A stretch of 64,000 nt of DNA from an uncultured Armatimonadia bacterium (GCA_963749155.1 CAVVLO010000005.1:545043-609042), one strand, 5' to 3'; positions 30,755 to 41,328 are shown, counted from the first letter of the stretch. Numbers and translations: made by a program. The notes: generated from the sequence alone by a model not told the origin.

Positions 30755-31713
30755 ACGCCTTCAACCAGCAGTTTGTGCAGCCAGGGCAGGCTGTCGCGGT
30801 GATCCGCCTGGACATAATAGCTGTGGCCCCCTTCGGCCACCGTGCGCACCAGGACGGACTTCCAAAAACGATAATAATAACCAGGCTCGCTCTTGGGAGG
30901 GGTCTCGTGGTAGTTGACAGGCAGTGGTTTCAGGTCAAAGACCGCAGTCGTGAAGTCGTTGATTGTCTCGCCGCGCTGCCGTGCCACATTTCGGGCCATC
31001 GAGAGAGCTTTGAGGTAGACTTCAGGGCCCATCACGGCAGTGCCATAATTGAGGAAGACGCCTCCCTCCAGTCCTGACACGGCCTGGGTGAAGACCAAAA
31101 AATCGTTGTAGCTTGACTGACCGATGGCGGCGCCATCCGCACTCGGCAGCTCGTGCACGATGTCCTGGCCAATACCCACATGGACGGTTATAGGGACGTC
31201 ATAGCGCGCGGCTGTAGCAAGCAGGCTGATATCGAGATGAGGGAAGTCGCGCTCTATCAGCAGGCCCCCAAGCGCCTCGCCAAGTCCCAGATCGCACTCG
31301 GCAGCGCGCTGAGCGCCCTCGTTTACGATGCCGGTTTCCTGCCAGAGGCCAAACTGACCTTCGACGATATATTTGGCGACGCTTTCCGTAGTTGCGCCAA
31401 TCATAACCAGCTCGCTGTCATGGATGGCGCAAGCCCCGTTCATCCCGATATGGGTAACGAGCCGCCGCTGGATGAGGTCCACCACAAACCGTGACAGCCC
31501 CTGCTTTATGACGTGAGCGCCCATCATCAGGATAACCGGACGCCCTGACTTGCGAGCCTTTATGCAAGCCTCGGCGGTAGCAACCAGCGCCTCGGACGGT
31601 TGCCACTCGGGCATATGGTCGAGTGGCAGCAAATCCGCAAGGCTCATATCATGTTCGCGTTCAGTCAGAGGTTTGACTTCCAGCTTGCTGCGATCGAAAC
31701 GACGCCAGGCCAT
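30751..31713 (-). CDS. Conserved hypothetical protein, deoxyhypusine-synthase-like (NAD/FAD-binding) fold
   Basis: MMGAHVIKQG, MNGACAIHD, PITVHVGIGQDIVH, GGVFLNYGTAVMGPEVYLKAL; overlaps the kinase start (ATGA). Confidence 0.7.
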   Translation of the reverse strand: MAWRRFDRSKLEVKPLTEREHDMSLADLLPLDHMPEWQPSEALVATAEACIKARKSGRPVILMMGAHVIKQGLSRFVVDLIQRRLVTHIGMNGACAIHDSELVMIGATTESVAKYIVEGQFGLWQETGIVNEGAQRAAECDLGLGEALGGLLIERDFPHLDISLLATAARYDVPITVHVGIGQDIVHELPSADGAAIGQSSYNDFLVFTQAVSGLEGGVFLNYGTAVMGPEVYLKALSMARNVARQRGETINDFTTAVFDLKPLPVNYHETPPKSEPGYYYRFWKSVLVRTVAEGGHSYYVQADHRDSLPWLHKLLVEGV

Positions 31714-31727
31714 TGCGCTACCTCCTG

Positions 31728-32591
31728 CTATCCTGGAAACAGAAAATCAATCAGCGGCTCATGCGGCACGAAATGGGGGATTATCAGGTCAGCGCCGACG
31801 CTGATAAGCCGCTCGCGCTTCCACTCATCGACATTGACCCGGCCAAGTTCATCCACGGCCGCGCCGATAGCGATTCCGCCGGCCTCTTTGGTGCGCTGGA
31901 TCTCTACAAAACCATCGCCGCAGCCGAGCAACTCGACCCCGCGCATATTGTTCTCGTCGATGATGCGTTCGATGACGAGAGACTTGATATCCACGACTTT
32001 GTCGGCGGTCAGGTTCTTCTCATTATCGGTGGCGCCGTAGATGCCCGCGAAGAAAGGGGCAACTCCCAGCGCAGTTACCTCATCGCGCACGAAAGGCTGG
32101 TCGGTGCCAGAGGCGACGTACATCTTGATGCCGCGCTCGTAAAGCGCCTCGAGCATTGCCCTGGCGCCGGGTACCATCATCGATTCCTGCGAGAGAGCGC
32201 CCGACTTTACCCCGTCAACCCGGTCGCGGATCTTCTGCCACAGCAAGTCGAGATACAGCTGCTTGTAATAGGTGGGATCCTCGGGATGGGCGCCCCGAAG
32301 GCGCATCTGGTTGCAGAATTCGATCATCTGGAAGATCGTCTGCTTGCCGGTGAGTTCGTCTACGAAGTCCTTTACCTGGGTGTGCAACTCATCTTTCGAC
32401 TCGTCTGGAGAAACCTCTTCCAGCAGGCTGCACATCATGGGGATCATAACTTCCTGCCAGCCCTGACGCAGCAGAGAGATAGTTCCATCGAAGTCGAAGA
32501 GAGCATACTTTATGTGGCCAACAGAGATATTGTCGTTGATTAGCTCTATGGAAGTCCCGGGCAAGAAACGTCGCTCGCTACTCATCAGCAT
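31728..32591 (-). CDS. HAD-family hydrolase (phosphatase)
   Basis: Motif I FDFDGT, motif II ASGT, motif IV GDG..E; AGGAGG RBS. Confidence 0.88.
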   Translation of the reverse strand: MLMSSERRFLPGTSIELINDNISVGHIKYALFDFDGTISLLRQGWQEVMIPMMCSLLEEVSPDESKDELHTQVKDFVDELTGKQTIFQMIEFCNQMRLRGAHPEDPTYYKQLYLDLLWQKIRDRVDGVKSGALSQESMMVPGARAMLEALYERGIKMYVASGTDQPFVRDEVTALGVAPFFAGIYGATDNEKNLTADKVVDIKSLVIERIIDENNMRGVELLGCGDGFVEIQRTKEAGGIAIGAAVDELGRVNVDEWKRERLISVGADLIIPHFVPHEPLIDFLFPG

Positions 32592-32612
32592 AACCTCCTG
32601 TAAGGTGCCTCA

Positions 32613-32641
32613 AAAGTAGGGGAGATGGCCCTGAGTGTCAA
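32613..32641 (-). promoter_or_regulatory. Sigma70-type promoter of the HAD operon
   Basis: Minus strand TTGACA-17 nt-TACTTT just upstream of the RBS. Confidence 0.6.
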
Positions 32642-32862
32642 GCGGAAGGCAGGTAGGGAAGCCCGTGCAAGGTCAGAGAGGCTTGAAAAGGCAGAAGCGG
32701 ATCAGAGTTCTCTGACCCGCTCCTACCAGCGCTGGATGCGCGCTTCCTGGCCCAGAAGCACTGCTTATCCTTTGCAAGGATTGTGAGTATATCCCCGGTT
32801 TTGAGGCCGGGGCAACCTTATTAAGGCCAGAAGGCAAAAAAGGTTTCGGCAATATACAAATT

Positions 32863-32892
32863 AAGGGCGTCCGGCTTTTGCCGGACGCCCTT
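32863..32892 (-). terminator. Terminator hairpin downstream of the secretin gene
   Basis: Perfect 13-bp stem AAGGGCGTCCGGC-TTTT-GCCGGACGCCCTT, followed on the minus strand by an AT-rich tail. Confidence 0.75.
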
Positions 32893-32920
32893 GGGCTTGC
32901 TCAGGCTTGGTGACTAAGGC

Positions 32921-34735
32921 CTAGTCGCTTGGTGCCGCAGGTTGATGGGTGAGGGGCACTACAGGACTCTCACCCTCGTGAAGCACACGTGGGGTCAGGA
33001 AAATTACGAGATCCTGCACATTGTGCTCTGTGGTTTTCCTTGAGAATATTGCCTTGAGTATCGGTATGTCGCCAAGTATCGGCACTTTCTCATAGTTCTT
33101 GATTTCTTCTTCTCTAAGCAGGCCACCGATTACCATCACATCGCCGTCGCGCACGCGAACAGTGGTCTCGGTCTCGCGCGTAACGACTCTTGGATAACCC
33201 GCAGGAGTATATTCCACAAAGCTCGAGACTTCAATTTTGGCTTTGAGCGTAACAAAACCATCGTCGGCAACGAGCGGTGTGATATACAGCTTGATGCCTA
33301 TCTCTTCAGTCTCAATCGAACGCACGAGGGCGCCTTGAACGATCTGGCTGACTTCGTAAGGGATCTTCTCGCCAATCAAGATCTTCGACTCGACCCCATG
33401 CTGACCAACCAGCGAAGGATTAGCCAGCAACTTGGCTGTCCCCTTACGCTGCAGGGCGCTGATGGTACCAAGAGCCCCCAGGCTTGCCCGGTAGAACTTG
33501 CCAAAGGTCATCTCGCGGTATACCAGGGTCTCAGTGTCCGGTGGTACTGGATCTTCGTTGATGCCTGTCGTGTTGAAATCCCACTGAATACCGAGTTCTT
33601 TCATTGCTTTAGGCTGCACTTCGGAAAGCTCGGCTTCGATATGGACCTGAGGCAACGGCTTGTCGAGACTCCTGATAAGTGTCTCGAGTTCTTCAACTTC
33701 GGTTTTTGGGCCGCTCAGGATGATGGCATCCGAGCCTTGCTGGCTGATAGTGGAGAACCGGACACTGGGGAAGCCCTTACTCAGGCCGCCCATAACATCG
33801 GTGGCACCCAGGTTGTTGAGCTTTACCGTCGCATTGATAAGCTCTTCTGGCACAGTTGGGATGACGTCCGCCGCGGTGACAGCCGCAAGGGCCTTGTCAA
33901 CCTCGGAGGGCATGCCAGTGATCTCGACTATATCGCCTTTGGTCTCCACATGCACCCTGGGAAATTGCAAAGCTACCAGGCTGACGATCTGATCGGGCGA
34001 TAAATACGCAGGCAAATAGCGACGAGGCGCCGGCGGCTGGTCAATGTTTTCGAGTAACTCGGTCGCCATCGTCACCAGCACGCTTGGCCCTGTGATGGTA
34101 ATGACACTCAAGTTCTCCTCGATGCCTACGGTTAGCTCGGGCATCGTATCCGACAGGATGGTCTTGACGTCTTTAACGCTTGCGTAGTTCAGAGTCATAC
34201 TGATGGCGGACTTGTTCTGCGCAGGGGTATCAATTGCGCGCAGGAACTTGCCAGCTTCTATCAGAAACTCGGAGCTACCCATAAGCACGATGGCGTTCGC
34301 ATCTTTGGCTGCTTGCACCTTCATCGAAGGGAAGGCAAGCTCAAGCGCCTTTGACGCATCCTCGGCCTTCACATACTGCAAGGGATGGATGAGCACCTCA
34401 GGCGCTTTTGGAAAGCGTTCCTGTAGCTCAAGCCGAGTGCCTACAACGTAAGCGCCATCGGAGATGCGTCGCCAATCTGCCCCAACGAGGCCTGTGACTA
34501 TCCCCAGGACCTCTTCGATAGGTTTCTTGTCGACGTTTACGCTGACGCTGCCTTTGACCGATTCGGTGACGCCGATGCTAACTCCCGTCAACCTGGCTAC
34601 AGCCTGCAGTACGTCCGTCACCTCCACCGTAGTGAAGTTGACGGTGATCAGCTCTGGCGCGGCTGAACCGATCGCGCTGGTAAGCGCAATCAACAGGCAG
34701 ACCAGAATCACTAGTCTGGGCCGATACCGTTGCAT
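32921..34735 (-). CDS. pilQ: Secretin (PilQ/GspD family) with STN and several Secretin_N domains, no AMIN domain
   Basis: Signal peptide; repeated ...NAIVLMG....I..ID N-domains; QVHIEAELSEV...LGIQW, LANPSL, KVPILGDIPILKAIFSRK, IFLTPRV. Confidence 0.88.
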   Translation of the reverse strand: MQRYRPRLVILVCLLIALTSAIGSAAPELITVNFTTVEVTDVLQAVARLTGVSIGVTESVKGSVSVNVDKKPIEEVLGIVTGLVGADWRRISDGAYVVGTRLELQERFPKAPEVLIHPLQYVKAEDASKALELAFPSMKVQAAKDANAIVLMGSSEFLIEAGKFLRAIDTPAQNKSAISMTLNYASVKDVKTILSDTMPELTVGIEENLSVITITGPSVLVTMATELLENIDQPPAPRRYLPAYLSPDQIVSLVALQFPRVHVETKGDIVEITGMPSEVDKALAAVTAADVIPTVPEELINATVKLNNLGATDVMGGLSKGFPSVRFSTISQQGSDAIILSGPKTEVEELETLIRSLDKPLPQVHIEAELSEVQPKAMKELGIQWDFNTTGINEDPVPPDTETLVYREMTFGKFYRASLGALGTISALQRKGTAKLLANPSLVGQHGVESKILIGEKIPYEVSQIVQGALVRSIETEEIGIKLYITPLVADDGFVTLKAKIEVSSFVEYTPAGYPRVVTRETETTVRVRDGDVMVIGGLLREEEIKNYEKVPILGDIPILKAIFSRKTTEHNVQDLVIFLTPRVLHEGESPVVPLTHQPAAPSD

Positions 34736-34817
34736 CTTGCATCCCCATCCTTATACTCTGAGGCGACTGCTACGAATTAGTACAACGAACTGGGCTTTCT
34801 GTAAACTGCAATCTGTA

Positions 34818-35603
34818 TCAGTTGCCACCTGCGGCGTCGAGTGCGTTGATGCCGCCCTGGGTCTTCTCAGACCGCTCGGACATCGCACTGGCTGCCTCAG
34901 AGGCTGTCGGTATAGCAGATGGCGCCGCTCCCGCTTCCAGGGCTGCGCCAGGCATTGTATACACCGAAAGAGTAACGGTCACATCCGCCTTTGCGAGCTC
35001 CGCAGGTTTCAGCGAGATGCTATCAACTGTCAGGAGTTTGTCATATACCTCAAGTGTCCTGACAAACTGGTAAAGCGAGAAGAATCCCGACCGCAGAGTC
35101 AGCTTTGTGGGCAAAGCCACCAGTTGAAATTCAGGCCTGGTTGCCTCAGGTGTCTTTGTGTCAGTTGCGGTTGCTGGCGCTGGCCTCATCTGGCGTAAAA
35201 CTCTTTGCTTTCAGTTTTCTTTGCGGGTTCTTCTGTCGGATGCGACAGGCTTCGCCACTCCATCTCCAGCTTTACAAGCGCCAGACGAGAGGCATTCACA
35301 ATATTCAGTAGTTCCGTATAGAAAGCTGTAGAACTCTTCTTCTGTGAAGATTGTCCGCTTGGCGGTTGCCAGTTCCTCATATCGCTGTTTGATAAGCGCC
35401 TCGGCGGTGGAGAGCGAATCTTCGGTGGTCGTTATGGCAGTCTGGGTCTCTGCAAGCTCATGAGTAACCGATTTCAGTTGCTTGAGGCTGGGCAGCACAA
35501 AAGCAAACAGCATCACCAAAGCAACCACGACTATTACGCCAATCGTGATTGGCACCCGATAACGCTCTATTGAGGTGTCAGTCCTGGACGGCAGGTTTTC
35601 CAT
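34818..35603 (-). CDS. pilO: PilO-like protein; at least 2 frameshifts
   Basis: N-terminal TM and coiled coil; C-terminal LPTKLTLRSGFFSLYQFVRTLEVYDKLLTVDSISL ferredoxin-like fold; split across three ORF-track fragments. Confidence 0.65.
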
Positions 35604-37183
35604 TCGGTTCACCCTCGTCTGCGGTTGGCTTTGGAGCCTTTGGCTCGGTGGTCTTTAGCGTAATCGACAATTTGAACTCTCTGCTGTATCCGAGTTGTTT
35701 GGTTGCTACTGCCATTGAAGCCAGCTCGACTTTTGGCGAAGAGCGGCGATCTCTGCAGGGCAGCCATTGATTGCGGAATAACGTATAGGTGTTGCAGGCG
35801 CCCTCGACTACAAGCTTGGCATCCTTGTCCATAGTGAGTGTCGCAACCTTCACCCCTGCGGGCAAGCGGTTGGACATCTCGGCCAGGATCAGCGACCAGG
35901 GATATCTCTTCTTGGCGGTCACAACTTCGACCTGCTTCTGGATGGACTGGGTCATGGATAGCAACTGGTTTTCGGTGGCCTTGTAAGAGTTCAACCTGGA
36001 CTTCTACTTCCATAAGCTGCCCTTTGGCTGTAATCACCTGATCCTGGAATTTGGCAGAGCGCATATCAATTGCGACTTTTGCGCCTCCAAGAACCAGGGC
36101 GACAACGACTGCTCCGATAAGAGGCCAGACAATCAGGTTGGGGACTTTGACAGGCTCTTTGCGACGCTGCTGGAAGGGCATCACCACAGGCACAAGCCCG
36201 CGGCGGGGGAGAAGCGCGCGCACTCCGCCAGCGGCGATGGCTACCGAAAGCCTTTGTTCAACCTGCAATCCATCCGCAAGCGTAAAGCTGCCCAGAGGAT
36301 CAAGCAGGCGTACATTGGGTACATCGAGTTGATTCCAAAGCACTGTCTGGACAGCGTTAGGGTCTTCATGGTCTGTAATGCAGAAAAGCACGTCCAGTTC
36401 CGACTCTGGGAACCTGTCATGATAGAAACCAAGCCAGCTATTAAGCTCGGCCAGCAGGTCTGCTCTGACAGGCTCTTCCTGAAGCTCGGAGGAGAAGATC
36501 CCTGTTTCCGCCCCTGGCTCAAGCCAGCCGTGAGCAGCGCCGTAATGGAAGTGGAGAGTGCCACTACCGAAGACCTGCAAAGCGGTCGCTTCGCGCTCGA
36601 GCAGGATAAGCCCGAAGTTGGTTTCGGCTGGCAGTTCTTCTTCGACCGCCGCACCGAGTGCTGTCGAAGCAAAGGTTATGTAGAAATCGTTCAGGCCAGC
36701 CGCGGCGCACAAGTTGGCAATACCATCAGCCAGCTTGCGACGCACAGCGCCAGCAAATACGCGCGCCTGAGTGCCGTCGGGCGAGTCAAAACGCTCGAGC
36801 ACCGAGGTATCCAGCGCAGGCTGGCTATCCGCGAAAGTCGCATAGGAGTTTACGGTCTCGTAAGCCCGATGGAAGAGCGTATCCTGGTTGGCGTCGGGGT
36901 AGTTGAGTATCTGCACAACGCCCCATTCGTCAGGCACAACTACAACCGCGGAAGTTGCAGTCTCCGCCCATTCGCCAATTGCGCGCACAAGAGCGCGCGC
37001 AAGCGCCGGTTCGTTAAGGAACTCGGCGTTGTCTCCGATAGCTCCATCAGGAAACGGTTGATAATTCACGGCTTCGATGCGTTTCTCTATACCCTCGGCG
37101 CGCAACAGCACTGCCCGCACACCGGTCTGGTTTAGAGAGACGCCCAAATACCGCTCGCCTCTGGGCTGCCTCATAACTGCCAC
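35578..37183 (-). CDS. PilM-PilN fusion protein; frameshifts in the PilN part
   Basis: Actin-like PilM region (YLGVSLNQTGVRAVLL...) reads in frame into a TM helix and coiled coil; after one-base corrections it continues into PilN motifs WSLILAEMSNRLPAGV, LVVEG, LQRSPLF. Confidence 0.7.
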
Positions 37184-37186
37184 CCT

Positions 37187-37748
37187 TTATTCTGTCGACT
37201 GCAAACGATTACGAAGCCGCACTCCAGTTCTAAGCGTACTTTGGTTCTCATCTCCACGCATGGTGAGAACCATGACAATGAAGTATACCTCGTCAGGAAT
37301 AGAAACCATATTTCCTTCCGCATGGTAGGGATAAAAATCACACGAGAGTACTTTGTCGGACAGAATACTATTACTCGTCGTGCCATCTTGCTCCACTACC
37401 GACCTCTTCAGCTCGTGGGTGTCCGTGTCCACATAGTAGGTAATCAGGAAGTTATTGAAACTGCGGAAAGTAATCCAGTGACTGGCCACATGGCGGTTCC
37501 ACGAAATCCTGTTCCATCTGAAATACCGCGTTAGCCATACGGAACTCGTCTACCATTACGTCCAGGGCGCGCTGAGCTTTACGTTGCAATTCTGCGGTCT
37601 CGTTCAGCGTGTCACGGGCGGAATAGGTGCGGTTGGCCATGGTGAAAGCCATGATGAGCAGGAATACCGTCACCATCATGGCGACCAGCAACTCAACCAG
37701 CGTGAAGCCAGCCTGCTTTTCAGCCTTAGTTGGATCTGCCACTCTCAT
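37187..37748 (-). CDS. Minor pilin, PilW/GspJ-like; one frameshift near 37504-37506
   Basis: Class III signal peptide AGFTLVELLVAMMV; removing one base gives ...QDSWNRHVASHWITFRSF... Confidence 0.75.
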
Positions 37749-37761
37749 CACCCGTCCCTCC

Positions 37762-38145
37762 TTATGGGCCACCAGAGGCCCAAAGCGTAACCATGCGGGC
37801 CAGAGGTTTTGTCGGATCCTGACCTGTAAGGTAAACTATCACATTGATGCGGACACAGCTTGGATGGGTTGCCGAGGCATCGGTAATTGTGCGGACCGCT
37901 GTGTAGAAACCTCGCTCGACAGTGCTACTCATTGGCAGCGAAGTGGGGAAGCTGCCAGCCTTGATTATCTCCATCTCCTGTCTTGCGATAGAGGCGGCAT
38001 TGGCAACTCCTGCTGAACGCTGACTGGTGTCATATGACATAATAACTGTCATCAGCAGCGGCAGCAGCGCAACCATCATTACCAGCATTGCTACAAGCAC
38101 CTCGGCCAGGCTGAAGCCGGCTCTTTGCTTTGCGACCGGATACAC
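37762..38145 (-). CDS. Minor pilin, PilV/GspI-like
   Basis: AGFSLAEVLVAMLV, A.SIARQEMEII, RINVIVY. Confidence 0.8.
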   Translation of the reverse strand: MYPVAKQRAGFSLAEVLVAMLVMMVALLPLLMTVIMSYDTSQRSAGVANAASIARQEMEIIKAGSFPTSLPMSSTVERGFYTAVRTITDASATHPSCVRINVIVYLTGQDPTKPLARMVTLWASGGP

Positions 38146-38185
38146 TGACCTTCATCCAAGCTCCCCCCCGAATGCCGTAATAAAG

Positions 38186-38194
38186 ATTATAACA
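38186..38194 (-). promoter_or_regulatory. Internal extended -10 promoter upstream of pilV-pilW-pilMN-pilO-pilQ
   Basis: Minus strand TGtTATAAT in the AT-rich 235-bp gap. Confidence 0.5.
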
Positions 38195-38257
38195 CCCTAC
38201 TGTCCGAAAACCGACTACCGGTCTTATATAAATCTAGTATTCCAGTTTTGGACATTA

Positions 38258-38299
38258 ACTACCGTCGAAGGTAACCTGTCGGCTGCCTTCGACGGTAGT
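38258..38299. terminator. Long stem-loop after the pilX-like gene
   Basis: Perfect 14-bp arms ACTACCGTCGAAGG / CCTTCGACGGTAGT, extendable with wobbles to a 4-nt loop; weak U-tail. Confidence 0.55.
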
Positions 38300-38380
38300 C
38301 AGAGCTGACTCAGTCGTGCTAGTCCAGGCTCACGAGGGCGCGCTAGCGCCAGCGTGGGCCTTATTCCTCCCAGTAGGTGC

Positions 38381-39794
38381 CTATCTCATAGTGCAGGGAG
38401 TCGTACTTGATGTGCTTTCAGTAAAGTAAGGCATCTTGTAGCGGCCTGGGAAGTAGAACACGCTTTCGTCGAAAGTGCCCGTATCCGGATTGATATAGTC
38501 CGGATAGATTGGGAACTTGCTGTTCTTCGAGTTGTACCAGCCGATAGGCTCGGCGAACCCATACTGCAGGTCATAGGGATATTCCTTGGCGCCGCGCCCA
38601 TCGCCCAGGCCCCGGAAGTAGGCCTTCGGGGCGACGATAGAGCCGAAGACAGATGCCGACCTGATATCTATGGTATCGCCTACCCAGACAGCACCCAGGA
38701 AGGTCATATCGTTACTGCTCAGCGTGAAGTCTCCGCCGGCCACCAGTACTGGCGTCCGCTTGTAGGGGCTTGGATCGTCGGGATTATAAATCTGGTATTT
38801 GCCCGCTGTACCAACCGTCCGCTGGGCAGCGCCTTCTCCAGTTATGTTGCCGGTTGCCACGATCATCCCATCGAGGTCGGTATAGGAGCCAATAGTGACA
38901 TTCCCATGCACGAAGAAGATGCCTTCGAAATGCTCGACTACCGCGCATACCCCACAGAACTTCACCGTATAGCTCGAGTTGTAGCTGGCGGGATCTGAAG
39001 GGCGTGCTGCCGGTTTTCCAATAGACATGGGTGTCGGCGGTAGCCAGCGTCTTGTGCGAGTCAGCGGTCAGCTTCACGATCTCGGCCGTATCAATAATGC
39101 CGTTAGCGTTAGTGTCGGTTGACTGACACTTGTAGGCGTCGTTGCGCATATCGTCCCACAGCGGCTCTGGCATCCAGTCGCCACATGAGGGACCATGCGG
39201 ATCGGTTTTCGAGCAGGGCATTACCTGGTTGCTGCCGCTGAAGCTCGCATAAGCGGGCCTGTAGTTGCCGCGCCCTGGGACACCACTTTCGGGATAAGCT
39301 GGATGCGAAAGTCGAGTCCGTATAGTACACGTGATTCCAGGGATTATCCTGGAGGGGCGAACCCACAAGCTTCACGTTTACTGTACGGCTGGCGCTGCCC
39401 ATAGCCCCAGTGGCCTGTAAGCCAGTACCAGGCATAGTCATCATCATCTGTGGGATCTGGGTCAACTACCTGAGCTCCTGTGGCGCCAGGATCGGTATAG
39501 TCCGATGTGATAACCACATCATACGAACCTAAGCCCATCCCCGAGATCACCAGTAATGTGAGTGGGCGGGTTAGTGCCGGCCTCGAGTGCTTCCGCAATC
39601 TCACCCAGCATCACATTGAGACCTGACTCGGCGGCATACAGAGACTGCTCGTAAGCGCCGCGCGCGGCCATTGCCTGGTAGCCTCGCATCGAGACCATCA
39701 GGATGCCCGCCATTATGAGGCCAAAAATTACCATCAGGTAGAGCGCCAGCGGCAGGGCTGCACCCCGCCTGGAGTGACTAGATAGTGTCTTCAT
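38381..39794 (-). CDS. PilX/GspK-like large minor pilin with a C-terminal beta-solenoid; four frameshifts
   Basis: RRGAALPLALYL (no E5) and SLYAAESGL PilX N-terminal motifs; beta-helix GIFFVHGNVTI..GMIVATGNI..VAGGDF..GAVWVG; five ORF fragments joinable by single-base deletions at about 39535, 39415, 39309 and 39001. Confidence 0.72.
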
Positions 39795-40270
39795 TCCACT
39801 TCCTCCTCATCAGGCAGATATGGGAATCCGCCATGTGACTGATCGTCAAGACATAGTACTATAGGATCCTCCACCGTTGTCGGCTCGGGAAGGACTCCCG
39901 CCTGGGGCTCGGGACGCACATAACCGTAACTAAGCCCCTCGCCAGTGTGACGGGGGCACTCGGGCACTCCACCTGGGAAATAACGCTGGTTGTTCAAGAA
40001 GGCTGCGAAACACGCATCGTCGGAGGCATACTCTTCATCGGCCTCGGGATAGTGGCGATTATGCTCGCTGTAATACATATCGAGCGCAAGGACGATAGAA
40101 TGCATCTGATCTCGGCAGCGCTGCTTTGCGGCAGAAGTCTGCCCCTTGGAAAACTGCACCATCGCCGCCGACATCAGGGCGACCATGATTACGAGCACGA
40201 CAAATATCTCCAGCAAAGTGAAGCCAGCTCGCTTGCTTATTCGGTTGGGTGGCGCCTTTTCCAGTTGCAT
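39791..40270 (-). CDS. Type IV pilin-like protein
   Basis: AGFTLLEIFVVL; QRC...MYY..H...PECP. Confidence 0.8.
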   Translation of the reverse strand: MQLEKAPPNRISKRAGFTLLEIFVVLVIMVALMSAAMVQFSKGQTSAAKQRCRDQMHSIVLALDMYYSEHNRHYPEADEEYASDDACFAAFLNNQRYFPGGVPECPRHTGEGLSYGYVRPEPQAGVLPEPTTVEDPIVLCLDDQSHGGFPYLPDEEEVE

Positions 40271-40299
40271 TTTCGTCCGCCTCAGGGCTCCACTAACTT

Positions 40300-40709
40300 T
40301 TAGGTATGCTCGCCGGTGCGCCAGTTGCCATCGGCAAAATGGTCAGTCACAGTGATGATATACCCAATTGTATAACTGTCTACCATTACTGCCTCAAAAC
40401 TATAACCCTTCGCCTGTGATAGGACACAAAGGCGCAGCATCGACAAAGCCCTCTGTCACGAGCGCGTGACTGGCTGTGACCGCTCCCGCAAGCAGATCCT
40501 GCGCATCACTATCACCATAATACTTGGCCTGGTAGGCCTGAGAGGCCGTGTTCAAGTCCATTATGTTCTCTCGGCACGAAGCCACCTTGGCCCTGTAGAC
40601 CGCATCCATATACCGAGGCAGCGCGATTGCCACCAGTACTGCAACCAGTATGATAACTACGAGTAACTCTACCAGTGTAAAACCTTTGCTGGTGCTTTTG
40701 TCTAATCAT
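40300..40709 (-). CDS. Type IV pilin (paralog of the major pilin); two frameshifts
   Basis: Removing one base at 40696-40699 and one at 40406-40408 gives MIRQSTSKGFTLVELLVV...PLCPITGEGYSFEAVMVDSYTIGYIITVTDHFADGNWRTGEHT*. Confidence 0.75.
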
Positions 40710-40754
40710 AATCCCACACCTCACAATTACTCAACCCTCTAGTCGTTGCTGGTC

Positions 40755-41168
40755 TTAATCAGCCTCACAGCAGAGATGACTGGCTGACTTCCAGTCGCCA
40801 GTAAAATGATCGCCGAGCCGCACCTGCCAGCCGACGACATTGCCGAAGGGGCCATAAGTCCGCGTGAGGGTATAGCCAACCTGGTTTACCTTGCACACGG
40901 GTACGGTATCAAGGTAATGCTGGACCACGAGAGGATGGGTAGTGCTAATCGTGCCCCCAAGCTCGGCCCATTTGTCGGTTGTGTCCGGATTATCGGCTTT
41001 ATAGGCCTGGATGGCCAGATTTATGCTGGAGTAGTTCTCTCGGCAGGCAGCGACTTTGCTTTCGTAGGCCATAGAGGTGTATTTCGGAAGAGCAAGCGCG
41101 ACCAGCACGGCCACCAGGGTGACCACTATAATCAGTTCTATTAAGGAGAAGCCTGGTCTGGCTTGCAT
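40755..41168 (-). CDS. Type IV pilin
   Basis: PGFSLIELIIVVTLVAVLVALALPKY; AACREN...IQAY; PVCK. Confidence 0.85.
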   Translation of the reverse strand: MQARPGFSLIELIIVVTLVAVLVALALPKYTSMAYESKVAACRENYSSINLAIQAYKADNPDTTDKWAELGGTISTTHPLVVQHYLDTVPVCKVNQVGYTLTRTYGPFGNVVGWQVRLGDHFTGDWKSASHLCCEAD

Positions 41169-41328
41169 CTAACTCACCTTATGGGACTAACGCCTGGGTG
41201 GAAGACTCTTCTACGTAGAGAGGAATAAGTGCAGAGCTGCAATGAGAGTTCTTCCAGTAACAGCGAATCCGTTTGCTGCCTCGTACTCTTCGTCCCAAAG
41301 CCTATACTATTGTGACGGGCAAGGAGCA

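Noticed and set aside
32637..32660. SRP-RNA-like GTCAAGCGGAAGGCAGG word
   Set aside because: Does not match the SRP domain IV consensus or its long flanking helix, and overlaps a promoter -35 on the other strand.
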